From Chiloscyllium plagiosum (taxonomy: Eukaryota), in assembly GCF_004010195.1 (NCBI RefSeq), contig NC_057719.1, positions 19,539,562-19,603,561 of the forward strand: DNA of 64,000 nt, given 5' to 3'. The position numbers were made by a program, and so were the translations under genes. Of the stretch, positions 13,500 through 25,662 are shown one piece after another. Each line of letters begins with the position of its first letter. Position 1 is the stretch's first letter. The notes under the pieces were generated by a model that worked only from the letters and a program-made list of their open reading frames with translations, searched no databases and was not told the origin of the DNA.

Positions 13500-14402
13500 A
13501 ATGTAGGTGGGCTGATTTGCGGATAATACCAAAATTGGTGGAGTTGCAAAGAGTGAAGAGGGTCATTAAAGGTCGCAGTGAGATATAGATAGATTGCAGA
13601 TTTTGGCAGAGAAATGGCAGATGGAGTTTAACCCAGACAAATGTAAAATGATGCATTTGGAAGATCAAATTCAGATGCGAATTATACAATAAATGGCAGA
13701 ACCCTTAGGAGCATTAACATACAGAGGGATCTGGGCATACAGCTCCACTAATTCCTGAAAGTGGCAACACAGTTGGTTAAGGGGGTCAAGAAGGTATACA
13801 GCACGCTTGCCTTCATTGGCTGAGGCATGAATATAAAAGTTGGCAAGTTATGGTATGGCTATACAAAACTTTAGGCCACATTTGATATATTGCGTGCAGT
13901 CCTGGATGCTACACTACCAGAAGAACATGGATGCTTTGGAGAAAGTGGAGAGAAGGTTTTCAAGATGTTGCCTGGTCTGGAGGGTTTTCGATATGAGGAG
14001 AGGTTGGATAAATTCGGATTATTTTCACTGGAAAGATGGAGGCTGAGGGGCAACCTGTTAGAGGTCTACAAAATGATGAGTGACATAGATAGATGCTTTT
14101 TAGCAGGATGAAAAGGTCAACTACAAAGGGCACAGGTTCAAGGTGAGAGGGGGAAAGTTTCGGGCAGAAGTGCAGGGAAAATCTTTCATCCAGAGGTTGG
14201 TGGGAACTTGGAACACATTGCCAGTGGAGGTGGTGGAAGCAGGCATATTAGCAATGTTTAAGGCATTTCTTGATTGACACATGAATGGAAGGCGAACAGA
14301 GGGATAGAAACTTCATACAGGTAGTAAGTACTGGGTCTAAATGAAGATTAGGAATCAGCACAGCCTTGGTAGGCTGAAGGGTCTATTCCTGTTCTTTGTT
14401 CT
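13500..14402 (+). mobile_element. CR1 LINE 3' fragment
   Basis: FADNTKIGG, AEKWQMEFN.DKC, RPHLIYCVQ.W and a 3' tail. Confidence 0.9.
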
Positions 14403-14969
14403 TTCAACCCTACAAAAAAAAATAACTCTTGGAGAAGGATGTTTTCCCATTTGCCACAGAGCTGACCAACAGATCCTTGGAAATTGGGAATGAAATCTGT
14501 CAGGCTAAATGTTACTTTCCTTCACTGTTGGTTGCATGTGAACTGACAAAAAGCTTTAAGATTTGTTGATAGAGGTTGGAAACAAGTGAGTCTGACAGTT
14601 ATCATTCATAGGCAAATATGAAATGCACCATTAATAATCAGTGATCAGAATAGATTTGAAACAACTTAAACTACGGGAAGTCATGTCAACCTGAGACAGC
14701 ACAAAAGTCCAACCTCTCTCTCCCTTTTTTCTGTGAATCAGAGTGCTGTGTGCTTAAGTGTATCATTTTTTTTCCAAATGATTGCAAAGTGTAAGGAATG
14801 TCATTTCCAGCACAGTTTTTGTGAAGGGTACAAACTCAAAATGTCATAACCTGTCTTTCTCTTTTCTAAGATGCTGAGTTGCCTGCTGAGTGGTTCTGAT
14901 TTTATGATGAGAAAAATAAAACTTTTTGACAGGATTGGAAGAGTAACCCGGTTGCTGATAATGGCAGAC

Positions 14970-15109
14970 GGATGCTTTAACATGTTCATTTGACATTCCT
15001 CTGTCTGCTATTTCAACAGAGTCATTAACCTGCTCATTTTAAATGGGTTAAGGTCTACTGTTAAATTGCAGTGACAGGAATGTCATAGAAACGCATTAAG
15101 CCGCATTCC
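14970..15109. repeat. Imperfect ~140-bp palindrome/hairpin
   Basis: tgacattcct (14991-15000) pairs with aggaatgtca (15076-15085). ttaacc/ggttaa surround the centre cattttaaatg (15035-15045); outer arms ggatgc.ttaa / ttaa..gcattcc. Confidence 0.75.
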
Positions 15110-16935
15110 ACTCACTCTTTGCAATAATTCCTAGCCTCGCCTTTTAAGGTTTTTTTTTTAAAATGTTCCAAATGCACAGCAGGTTAATGATCCTATAAAA
15201 TAGGAAATGACAGGTTAATGGTTCAGTGTGATCCTTTATCAGAGCTCAGTTCCAAGGGCTTTGCTTCGATGATATTGACTTACTGTTATCTCTCCTGAAG
15301 CTAATTAAAAAATAAAGTTTGTTTCAAATAGTTAAGCTGGCCTATCCTCAAGCCTGTTCTGGTTAATCCCTCTCAACCCCTCTCCCAGTCCACCAACAGT
15401 GTCCCCTCCCCAATATATGGTTATATGATACCATAAGGGACACTGTCAGATATGTCTGGCAGTTTAGCTACTTGATTTCAGAATCGGCTGCCAACTGGTG
15501 TTCTTTAGGGCATGTTAAGAAAAGGTTTGAAATCACAAGTTGATAAAGCATATCTAGAAAGTGTTAGTAATAGATAGCAACTGGAACTAGGAACTGAAAA
15601 CAGAAAAGACAAATTCAATATTTCAACTGCAGCTCTCAACAGTTTTCTGCATAAAAAGAAAAGTTTTTGCTCCTTTCAAATGTTTTCTGCCATTTTTTTC
15701 CTTCCCTCAGATTTCCAACACCTTCAGTAGGTCCTGTTTATCAAATTAATTTATGGGATATGGGCCTCAAGGATTAAACCAGCATCCATCCCAGATTACC
15801 ATGCAGAAGGTGATGGTGAGCTGTCTTCTTGAGTCACTGAAGTCCATGTGGTGTGGGTATGACCACAGTGTTGTTAATGAGGTTTAGTCATTGTAACAAT
15901 GTCAGCCAACTGGACCTCAGAGTGTGAGTTCCCTGATTCAGGCTGTTAATCTGGTCCAATTGCGGAGGCTTGGCTGATATATTAAAAGTGTGAATGTCAG
16001 AGATTACTGACACTGTGTCCAAGACAGTACAGGAGTCAAAGATTGTTCTTGTGTAAATAAAGGGTAACTTGGTGATGGTACACTGACCTCTGTGGAATTA
16101 TTTCAGCATCGACAAGAGCAAAGTACAATCCTGAAGAAATTTGCTGACAACTGTCGTCTTTGAGTTGGGGTAAGCAATTCTCCCATCATGCCTTTGTTGG
16201 AGAAGCTTCACTTATTCACCCCCGCCGTTGAGGACTGTGCCCAATATGTGGCGAGAATGCAATATTTAACTCTGGACAAATGGCACTGTGGCAGACAAGA
16301 AACAGTGAATATTTCACCTGATAGCCTGTGGAGCTGTATTTTTTTCTGTCATTAAGAGTCTAACTTTCCTTGAGGCACCAGATATTAAAACCTTTTAAGA
16401 ATTGACTGACATAGTTAAGGAATATCCTCTAATTCTGAGATGCTATCACTTTTACTCAGCAATTTGAGAACCAGGGGAATCAATATTGGGATTGTTGACT
16501 AGGTTAAGAGAATTAGCAGAAGACTGTGAAGTTGGTTTAACCCTTAATGGGATGACAAGAGACAATCTGTTATATGAGATTAACGATGTAACGATGCAAA
16601 ATACCTGCAAGTTGAAGGCCAAGTGAACTTCAAACAGGTGCTACAACTGGCCCTACCATTGGAAAATACAGCAAGTGGAGCATACGAGTTACAAGTTATT
16701 CAAATGGAAGTGGACATCCCTTGTCAGTCTGATTGAACTTGGGGAACATAACTTCAGTGCAGGTAGTTGTGTAGTCTCACGCAGGAGGGACTCTAGATCA
16801 TCCAACAACAAAACCCCAAAACAAAGCCAAGCCTCAGCTAAATGGTGAAAATGTCCTTCAGGAGTCTGGCTGGTAAACCATTCTAGTTGCTGTAGGTATG
16901 CGGATTCAAGACAGCAAATTAATCTTACTAGACCT

Positions 16936-17546
16936 TGTGATGATGCTGCTCCTTTGAGGTTATTCTGTCCTTGTTTATTTTTGTGAGGGGTTGTAAATGC
17001 AGGAGCTCCAATGTGTCTGGTTTAAATGGGTTTTAGGGCCAATTTGATTATAGCTAACAGATACTGCCTCAGGCACAGGGCTTTCAAGTTAAAAAAACTT
17101 GTACAATGAAATAGGAGTGGCCAGTTCTGCCAGCACAGCTTTTCTCAGGTTTGTTTTGGTTTTAGCAGCTGCTGGGCAGGTTCTAGCTGTTTTGCCGTGG
17201 CTGGACCCAAAGAAACTAGCCCAAGCTGATCCTCTCTCTCTCTGATATCTCTCCTGTAAGAACCTGTGTTTCATTTTACCGTTTTTGCAAAGGGATGTTG
17301 CAAGTATTTGGAACAGATAATTATGTTACAATAGACTCAATTGGGTTTTCAAATAGCTATGCTATTCTAAATTCAGTTTTGTTTTATTCATGTGTAAATA
17401 AATTTTATTTTGTTTAAAACTGAGTGGTTGGACCAGCCCCAACACCTCTGGAATATCCACTGGTCACTACTTAAAACAACTAAAACAGTTAGGGTCTGGG
17501 CTACCTTCTTGACGCATTTTGAGGGGGTCTGGCTTGGTCCATAACA
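16936..17546. mobile_element. Solo LTR (family S) nested in the Gypsy gag region
   Basis: TG...CA termini, perfect 4-bp TSD acct (16932-16935, 17547-17550); homologous in reverse orientation to 22992-23551 and 32003-32642. Confidence 0.85.
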
Positions 17547-18835
17547 ACCTAAATTGAGTAAGATAACTCATAGGCCAGTATTCAGGAAGACATCTGGAGG
17601 ATTTCATACCTTGGAAAGTCCACCTACATGTGATGTGGAACAATTAATTTGTTTAGCAACATCAAAATCAGAACCAATCAAGATAAACATCTGTTAAATG
17701 ACATCTCATTCTAATTGAGGTTGATACCAGCACAGCCATTACAGAATTCTCTCTGGACTCGAGTCCTTAACTTTGCACAAGATCTCAGCTTGACTGAAAA
17801 CCTATACTGGGGAATCGTTGCAGATTAAGGGTATAACTTTAGTTTCAGTCTCTTATGAGAAGCAGCTGGTTCAGTTACCAGTGATTTGAGTAAAAGGCTC
17901 AGGCCCAAGCTTGATGGGGCAAAATTGGCTGTGAGAGATTCACTTCGATTGGCTCAACATTTTTCAATTAGAAAATGGCCACCTGAGTGAAATACCTGGA
18001 AGTCTTTCAGGAAGGTCTACGGACTAACAGAGGAGCCAAGGTGCATGTTGACAAAGAAGCCATTCCACAATTTTGAAAGGTTTGCCCAGTTGCCTTAGGG
18101 ACAAAGGTAGATCAGGAACCCAAAGGCAGAAAGTGAAGAATCATCAGTCTGCTCCAGTTAGCAGCAAGGGTAGTGCCTGATATACCGAGTTTGAAGCCAA
18201 ATGGATGAGTTCACCTTTGTGGGATTTTAAACAAATAGTAAACCACTTTTTTGCCTCTGGATAAAAGCCAATCCCTTGTGAAGAGGATTTATACACAAAG
18301 CTGGCAAAGGGCCTATTCTTCATGAAGCTTGACATGTATGGACAGCTCCATACCACCCATCATCCAATGGCTTTGCAGAAAGAGTGGTGGAAACTTTGAA
18401 AGCTGGATTGAAGAAACAGCCTACATCCTTGGTAGGTATCCAACTGCCATTATTCTTGTTTGATTATGGGACCACCCAGCATGCAACTACAAAGATAGCT
18501 CCAGTAGAGTTACTCATGCATAGAAGACTTCACATCAGGTTAAGGCTGATCTTCCTCACCTGGGGAGGGATGAAATGGCATCAGAAATTCCAATGTCAGA
18601 CTCAAGTCTCTGCCAAGCCGCCCTTGTCAGATGCAAATGGGGGAATCTGGCACAGTGATAAAATACCCCACATGGCTCTTCAAGAAAAAGGACCGGACTA
18701 TGTCCTCAAACTCAGAGTAAGGGGGAGATGTAATGACTGTAATAAGGTAGCCAGCCGGACATCTTAGATGATGAGTTCCTTAATTGGGGCTGCTACTCTG
18801 GTCCAATCAGGGTAACCTGGCTGTCATACAAAAAA

Positions 18836-19560
18836 GGGAATGCGCTGTGATCCCCTGCAACCGCAGATTGCAGTGGTTCACGGACTCTCAGCCCAACTGC
18901 TTGTTCTGTGGTGCTGTGGAGTCCGTGGACCATGTATATATTGGGTGTGGGCATTTGCACTCCCTTTTTGATTTCCTCAAAAACCTCTTTCTCTGCTTTT
19001 GGTTGCACTTCAGTCCCACGCTCCTGATCTTCGGGCACCCGGTACGAAGAAAGGAGGGCAGGTCTGAAGACCTCCTCGTGGGTCTGCTCCAGGGCCTGGC
19101 CAAACTGGCCATAAATAGGTCCAGGCAGCGGGCTGTGGAAGGGGTCGTTAGGGCCGACTGCCTGCCCTCTTCCACGGTTACGTTAGAGCCCGGGTGTCTA
19201 TGGAAAAGGAGCACGTGGTGTCCACCAACACCCTGGAGTTGTTCAGGGAGAGGTGGGTGCCGCAGGGAGTGGAGTGCATTATTTCCCCCTCCAACTCCAT
19301 TTTGATTTGATCCCTGCCCTCCCCTTCACTGTTTGATCACACAGCATTGCTCTTTCATGTGAAGGGCACTGCTTGTCATTGGCCACTTGGGTGTTTCTTT
19401 TCTTCCTGGTGGTGGAAATTTGAATAAAGATTCGTGCACCTTGTGTCTCTCACTGTGTCTCACACCTACACACACACAACATGGGTGCTGGGGAAAAAAT
19501 AATCACTACCGCAGTTAGGCGTAGTGTGGGGGAAGAAAAAAGAGAAATGCAAAAAAAAAA
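18836..19560 (+). mobile_element. Tx1/L1-clade LINE 3' fragment, copy 1
   Basis: C-terminal zinc-binding motif CLFCGAVESVDHVYIGC, LAKLAINRSRQR, a 3' UTR with AATAAA, a terminal stem-loop and an A-rich tail. Confidence 0.8.
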
Positions 19561-19802
19561 CAAATAAACAGGAGTGTCAGAGGTTCTGAGAGCTTCATTC
19601 TGAGAGCTGCCTCTGAGGGAGCTAGACCAGTATCAAGGACACTCCGTGTGTATGTAAAGGGTGACTTGGTGACAGGATATCAGCCTGTGTGGAGTTATTT
19701 CACTGTTGTCTGTCAGAACCTGTGCCATTGGACATCAGAGGAGGACATTATGTTGTGATAAAGACATTCAGATGAAATTTAAAAAAAGAAAAAGAAGAAG
19801 AA

Positions 19803-20533
19803 GGGAATGCGCTGTGATCCCCTGCAACCGCAGATTGTGGTGGTTCACGGACTCCAGCCCAACTGTTTGTTCTGTGGTGCTGTGGAGTCCGTGAACCATG
19901 TATATATCGGGTTTGGGCATTTGCACTCCCTTTTTGATTTTCTCAAAAACCTCCTTCTCTGCTTTTGGTTGCACTTCAGTCCCAAGCTCCTGATCTTCAG
20001 GCACCCGGTACGGAGGAGGGAGGGCAGGTCTGAAGACCTCCTCGTGGGTCTGCTCCTGGGCCTGGCCAAACTGGCCATAAACAGGTCCAGGCAGCGGGCC
20101 ATGGAGAGGGTCGTTAGAGCCGACTGCCTGCCCCTCTTCCGTGGTTATGTTAGAGCCCTTTGGTGTCTCTGGAAAAGGAGCACGCGGTGTCCACCAACAC
20201 CCTGGAGTTGTTCAGGGAGAGGTGGGTGCTGCAAGGAGTGGAGTGCATTATTTCCCCGTCCAACTCTATTTTGATTTGATCCCTTCCCTCCCTCTCACTG
20301 TTTGATTGCAGAGCATTGCCCTTTGATGTGAAGGGCACTGCTTGTCACTGGCCACTCGGGTGTTTCCTTTCTTCCTGGTGGTGGGAATTTGAATAAAGAT
20401 TTGTGCACCTTGTGTCTTTCACTGTGTCTCACACCTGCACACACACAACATGGGTGCTGGGGAAAAAATAAGCACTACCGCAGTTAGGCGGTAGTGTGGG
20501 GGTAAAAAGAGAAATAAACAAAAAAAAGGAAAA
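19803..20533 (+). mobile_element. Tx1/L1-clade LINE 3' fragment, copy 2
   Basis: Colinear with copy 1 and has the same 5' junction. Perfect hairpin cactaccgc-agttag-gcggtagtg at ~20473-20496; followed by the right half of an LTR (20534-20600). Confidence 0.8.
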
Positions 20534-21039
20534 ATAAACAGGCGTGTCAGGAGGTTCTGTTCACTCAGAGCTGGTTCTGAGGGAGCTGGATCAGTATGGA
20601 GTGAAGGGAAGGACTCTGCTCTCTCAAGGGAAGAGGAGACTGATTTCTTTTTTGTCATTGGTTTCTTTGCAGTAAGGAGGAGTTTTATTCTGAAGTTCTT
20701 TTGATTCTTTATATTGTTTACTGAGATTGTTTGCTTGTTTTCTGGCTTTTTCTTTTTGGCTTATTAAAAAAAAGGGAATGCGCTGATACTCAGGTGTGAT
20801 TTACCCTCTTACCTGCTGTTGTAGCCAACATAATTGCATGGCTTGTCCACTTCAGTTTCTGGTCAATGGTATATCCCGGGATGTTTGTTGTGGGAGGGTG
20901 GGGGGGGGAGGAGTTCATCAATGGAAGTCTCAATGAATGCCAAGGAGTGATTGTTAAATTCTCTCTTGTTGAAGACAGTCAATGTCTAGCATTTGTGTAG
21001 CATGGTGATGCAATATCCGAGTGATATTATTAATCCAGG

Positions 21040-21216
21040 GAGAGAAAGTTAGCACTGCAGGTGCTGGAGAGTCAGAGTCGAAAAGTGTGCCACTGGAAAA
21101 GCAGAGCAGGTCAGGCTCAAGATGTTGAGGGGCTTATGCCCAAAACGTCAACTCTCCTGCTCCTTGGATGCTGCCTGACTGGCTGTGCTTTGTCGGCAGC
21201 ATCCTTTTCAACTCTG
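21040..21216. mobile_element. Short inverted PLE pLTR pair (decayed) inside a SINE-like repeat
   Basis: ctggaaaagcagagcaggtcaggc ... gctgcctgactggctgtgctttgtc fold-back with a partial hammerhead stem (gggcttatgccc). Confidence 0.7.
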
Positions 21217-21484
21217 TAATCTGGAGACACAGAGAAAGTTCTGGGGACCAAGGCTGATGGTAGAATTTGAATTCAATAAAAATAAAATCTGCAATTAAGA
21301 GTCTAATGGTGAAACCATTGTTAGTTGTTGGAAGCACATATCTGGTTCATCAATACCATTTAGAAAATAAAATTGCTGTCCTTACCTGGTCTGCCCTACA
21401 TTTGACTCCAGGCCAACCGCAATGTGGTTGACTCTTAACTGCTCTCCGGGGCAACTAGAGATGAGCAATATCAGAAAGAACCAT

Positions 21485-21790
21485 CGAATCCCTACAGAGT
21501 GTAAACCCTCTGAAGAACATCCCACTTAGAACCACCCCTCTGCCCTATTCCTTTATCCTGGCATTTCCCATGGATAATCCACCTAGCCTGCACACCACTG
21601 GACACTATGGGCAATTTAGCATGATCAATCCACCTAACCTGTTCATCTTTGAACTGTAGGGGGAAACTGGACCACTCAGTGGAAACCCACACAAACATGG
21701 GGCAAATGTGCAGTAACCCAAGGATGGAATCAAACTCAGGTCACTGGTACTGTGAGGCAGCAATCTAACCACTGAACCACTGTGCCACCC
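21485..21790 (-). mobile_element. HE1-like SINE
   Basis: Reverse complement has a gggtggcacagtggttcagtggttag head and the HE1 core. Confidence 0.8.
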
Positions 21791-21829
21791 AATAACTGCT
21801 AGCTTAGCCAGTAATGCCCACATCCTGTG

Positions 21830-21985
21830 AAGGAATTGAAAAAAGAGTGAAGAATCATCAATCCAGTCCTGTTTGGAGAAAGGGTAGCACCCATCATACC
21901 GATTTTGAAGCCCAATGGGTCTGTTCACCCTTGTGGGATTTTCAACAAATTTTAAACAATTCAAACAAATTTGCCCTTTACCAAA
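21830..21985 (+). mobile_element. Gypsy RT N-terminal fragment
   Basis: IINPVLF..VAPIIPILKPNGSV..CGD.K-like; homologous to 18130-18240. Confidence 0.6.
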
Positions 21986-22991
21986 CCAAATCTGGATGTT
22001 GCCTGGATCTTGCTGTGTATAGACATGGAGGAGTCATATATTGTGTTGAATATTGTGTGATAAACATCCTCACTTCTGACCTTATGAAAAAGGTCATTGA
22101 AGAAGATGGTTGGGCTCAGGAGACTACCCTATGAAAACATGCAGAGGTATCGTTGGATTGAGATGATTGACCTTCAACAACCACAATTATCTTCTGCGTT
22201 GTGATTTCTGGGGTCAAATCATACCTGATTATTTTACCACTCTGCAAGGTACATGCCAGTGTTGTAACTATACTGGAGCAATTCTGCTGGGTTGTGGCTA
22301 GATCTGGAGCACAGGTTTATTTATAATACCTCAGGAATTAGATTTCCAGTGAATAGAATTTGATGTTATTGTTAAGACAGAGCCATTTTCCAGGTTTGAG
22401 TTCCCAAATTGGAACCACATATGAGGAAAATTACTAGCGAGGCCACTGAGAGACATTTGTCAAAAATTGGAAGAATAACATGAATATGATGTCCTTATTT
22501 ACTCTGTCAATGGGCAGTTATTAACTCGGAACATTACTCACACAATCTTGACAGCTATCTTTATGTAATGTTTTCGGGAGAAAATATTGTTGTATTGAAA
22601 AGAGTGATCACTCTGACATTCATTCTCAGCATTTCTCCCATGCACTGCTATTAATTGTTAATGGTTTAATCACAGTCTGTCTCCACTTACTCATTCACAA
22701 ATCAGAGAGATGAATTTTTTTTCATCTTGAAATGCAGAGATGAGGTAATTGATCAGAATATTTAAATGATGAAGGGGCTAGATTGTGTCTACGCAGATAG
22801 TGTTTGAAATGAACAACTTAGGGATAGAGTCAGGCCATCATATATTCTCAAGTTTTCTGATGTGTCCACAACATCCCAATCACTGAAATACAGTATCCTC
22901 ACTTTGCTGCTCATATCTGAATAAAGCATCCATTTTATTTCCCTAACATATTCTTTAATTGTCAATTCTACTGTTGACAAATTTAAGTTGG

Positions 22992-23551
22992 TGTTATTAT
23001 ATGGACGAGACCAAACTCCCTCAAAATATAATAACAGGATAGCCTCAACCTTAATATTTCATTATTTTAAAGGCAAGTGAAAGGTGTTGGAACAACTTAA
23101 CTCTGTTGGAAAGCTCGACAGAATAATAGATTATTTAACTACTAAACAGTAACTGTTCCAATGCAGTACCACCCAAACGTACACCCTTGGCAAAAGCAAA
23201 TTCAGTAAACTAGATTGTTTCACGGGTAATTCTCCATTCCGGGAGGCAAAAAGCATCATGAGATGACTCAGAAAGTGATTAGCAAGGGGAGATGTACTAT
23301 AGCTTTCAAAACTAGCTTCAGTCTCCAGCAACTGGTACTAAAAATTAAGGCTAGAACTTCTGGCTCTGGGAGAGTTTGACCCTGCTCATTCAGGATGCTT
23401 CTATTGTTCAAACTTGAAAAATAACCCCAAGGCCTCACAAGCTGCTTACTTTATTGGATTCAAATAGACAACTTATCACCTTGGTCTTAAAACCTCTCTT
23501 CAACAAAGAACCAGGACAAAATACACCTCTTGAAGCCATAGTATCATCACA
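22992..23551. mobile_element. Solo LTR (family S)
   Basis: tgtta...atcatcaca termini; flanks ttgg/ttag (4-bp TSD, 1 mismatch). Confidence 0.75.
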
Positions 23552-23619
23552 TTAGCTACATTGTGGTCAGTAGTTCTTCTTATTAAATGTATTTCACTGG
23601 TTTCAAGAAAATTTGCTTG

Positions 23620-24060
23620 GAAAGTGACGACAGGGAGAAACCTATTGTGGTTTCCGAAAAGAGGGCAGGATGTGAGGGCCCTGGCAATCACAGGGAAGGG
23701 GATATTTTCAATTGAGGAGAAAAGAAGGCATGGTGGAAGTTCCATTGTGAGAGGTAATATCAATGGAACCAACACGATTGAGGTGGGGAAACTGGGAGGA
23801 TGAAAAGGAGATCTTACAGGAAGTAGGGTATGAGGAAGTATTGTTGAGGTAGGAGTCAGTGTTTTGTAATGAATATTAGTTGACAAATTATACCTAGAAA
23901 TGGAGACAGAGACATCAGAGTTGGAAATGGTACAGAAAGGTGGACCAGGTGGAGGGTGGAATCTAGGACCAAAGTAGTTATGTTTTTCCAAGTTCTGGAA
24001 TGGAGTAGGAAGCAGCACCAATATAGTCATCAATGTAATGGAAAAGAGTTGATAGAAGGG
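23620..24060 (-). mobile_element. Old Penelope-like RT fragment
   Basis: Reverse translation gives DVSVSIS.YNLSTNIHYK.L.., KISFSSSQFPHLNR, homologous to 3438-4040. Confidence 0.7.
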
Positions 24061-24559
24061 TTTTCATTGTGTGATTTGATGCCACACTGTTTTGGGTTCA
24101 TGATAGATTTGTTGAGGAGAAGGCAAAGTCAAGAACTGTCTTCAGGGTTAGACTTCAAACTAAGAGTCTTTTTTATACATTAGTACTGAGATTCTTGCTA
24201 TTCATAGATACACCTGGCTCTAACTTATAGTTACAGTAGGTAAGGAACAATTTATCTTCTTCAAGTGTTCATGTCCATATTGTGATCTGGACTAGTGCAG
24301 GATTTCAGACTGCCTAAACTTCTATTATGCTGTAACTCCAACCATACTGCTGTTTACGCTGAGTGACATGGGGCTCCATCACAACATTGCAAGGTTGCAC
24401 TTATACAACACCTTTCCTCAATCTTTTGTAAAGCTGCCATACTATAGATTATAGTTATACACATGGTCAAATGAATTACTTAGATTACTTCTGTTTACAA
24501 CCTTGTCTGCACATGCTTTTCCTTGTATCTCTGAATCCTCCCTAAGTCTTTGGATTATA

Positions 24560-24990
24560 GGCATAGTGTCACAGAGATGTACAGCACAGATACAGTCACT
24601 TAGGTACAACTTGTCCATGCCGATCAGATTTCCTAAATAAATCTAGTCCCATTTATCAGCATTTGGCCCATATCCCTCTAAACCCTTCCTATTCATATAC
24701 CCATCCAAATGCCTTTTAAATGTTGCCCCTCTGGACCATTTTGTATCTCTCCTTTCTCACCTTAATACTTATTCCCTCTAGGGTTAGACTCCCCTACCAT
24801 GGGGAAACCAACCTTATGTATGCCTCTCTTGATTTTTAAATCTCTGTAAGGTTATTCTTCAGTCTCCCCTGCTCAAGGGAAAAATATTTCTCAGTCTCTC
24901 CAGCTTTTCCTTATGACTCAAACCTTCCAGTTCAGGTCGCATGCTGGTACATCTTTTCTGCATTCTTTCTAGTTTAAGAATATCCTTTCT
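24560..24990 (-). mobile_element. CR1 LINE 3' fragment
   Basis: catagtgtcacagagatgtacagcacag tail and reverse-strand RT C-terminus. Confidence 0.8.
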
Positions 24991-25249
24991 GAAAAATAAT
25001 TGAGAAAATGGTGATTTAAAAATAAAAATAATTTTAGAACTAACTTGCTATCCATATCTAACTTAATAATTAGTTTTATATTAGCATAAAGTATACTCTG
25101 GATAATTATAAAAAATGACAGTCATTTAAAAGTTACATTCAGTTATTTACTGCCATATCAACAGATGTAGGCATTATTATCAGGTAGCAATCTAGGATAA
25201 GTTAAGATGTCCTACCATGTTTGCAACTACAAATTGTGTACAGGTCACT

Positions 25250-25662
25250 TCTATTGTTTCCCTGGAGCGTCGGGATCTGAGGGGTGACCTTAGAGAGTTT
25301 TACAAAATTATGAAGGCATGGATAGGGTAAATAGGCAAAGTCTTTTCCCTGGAGAGTCCAGCACTAGAGGGCATAGGTTTAGGGTGAGAGGGGAAAGATA
25401 TAAAAGAGACCTTAGGGGCAACTTTTTCACACAGAGGATGGTACGTGTATGGAATGAGCTGCCAGAGGAAGTGGTGGAGGCTGGTACAATTGCAACATTT
25501 AAGAGGCATTTGGATGGGTATATGAATATGAAGAGTTTGGAGGGATATGGGCCTGGTGCTGGCAGGTGAGACTAGACTGGGTTGGGATATCTGGTCGGCA
25601 TAGACGGGTTGGACGGAAGGGTCTGTTTCCATGCTGTACATCTCTATGACTCTATGACTCTA
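25250..25662 (+). mobile_element. CR1 LINE 3' end
   Basis: RGNFFTQRMVRVWNELPEEVV and a (ctctatga)n tail. Confidence 0.9.

Larger units (their letters stand above)
15892..19702 (+). mobile_element. Decayed Gypsy-type LTR retrotransposon with nested insertions
   Basis: 5' LTR 15892-16105 (tg...tgtggaattatttca). Gag-like start MPLLEKLHLFTPAVEDCAQYVARM at ~16188, protease-like EVDT at ~17716, RT N-terminal relic at ~18130-18330, integrase PYHPSSNGFAERVVETLKAGLKK at ~18350. Polypurine tract aagggggaga precedes the 3' LTR 18729-19702 (ends tgtggagttatttca), which is split by a Tx1-like insert. Confidence 0.85.
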
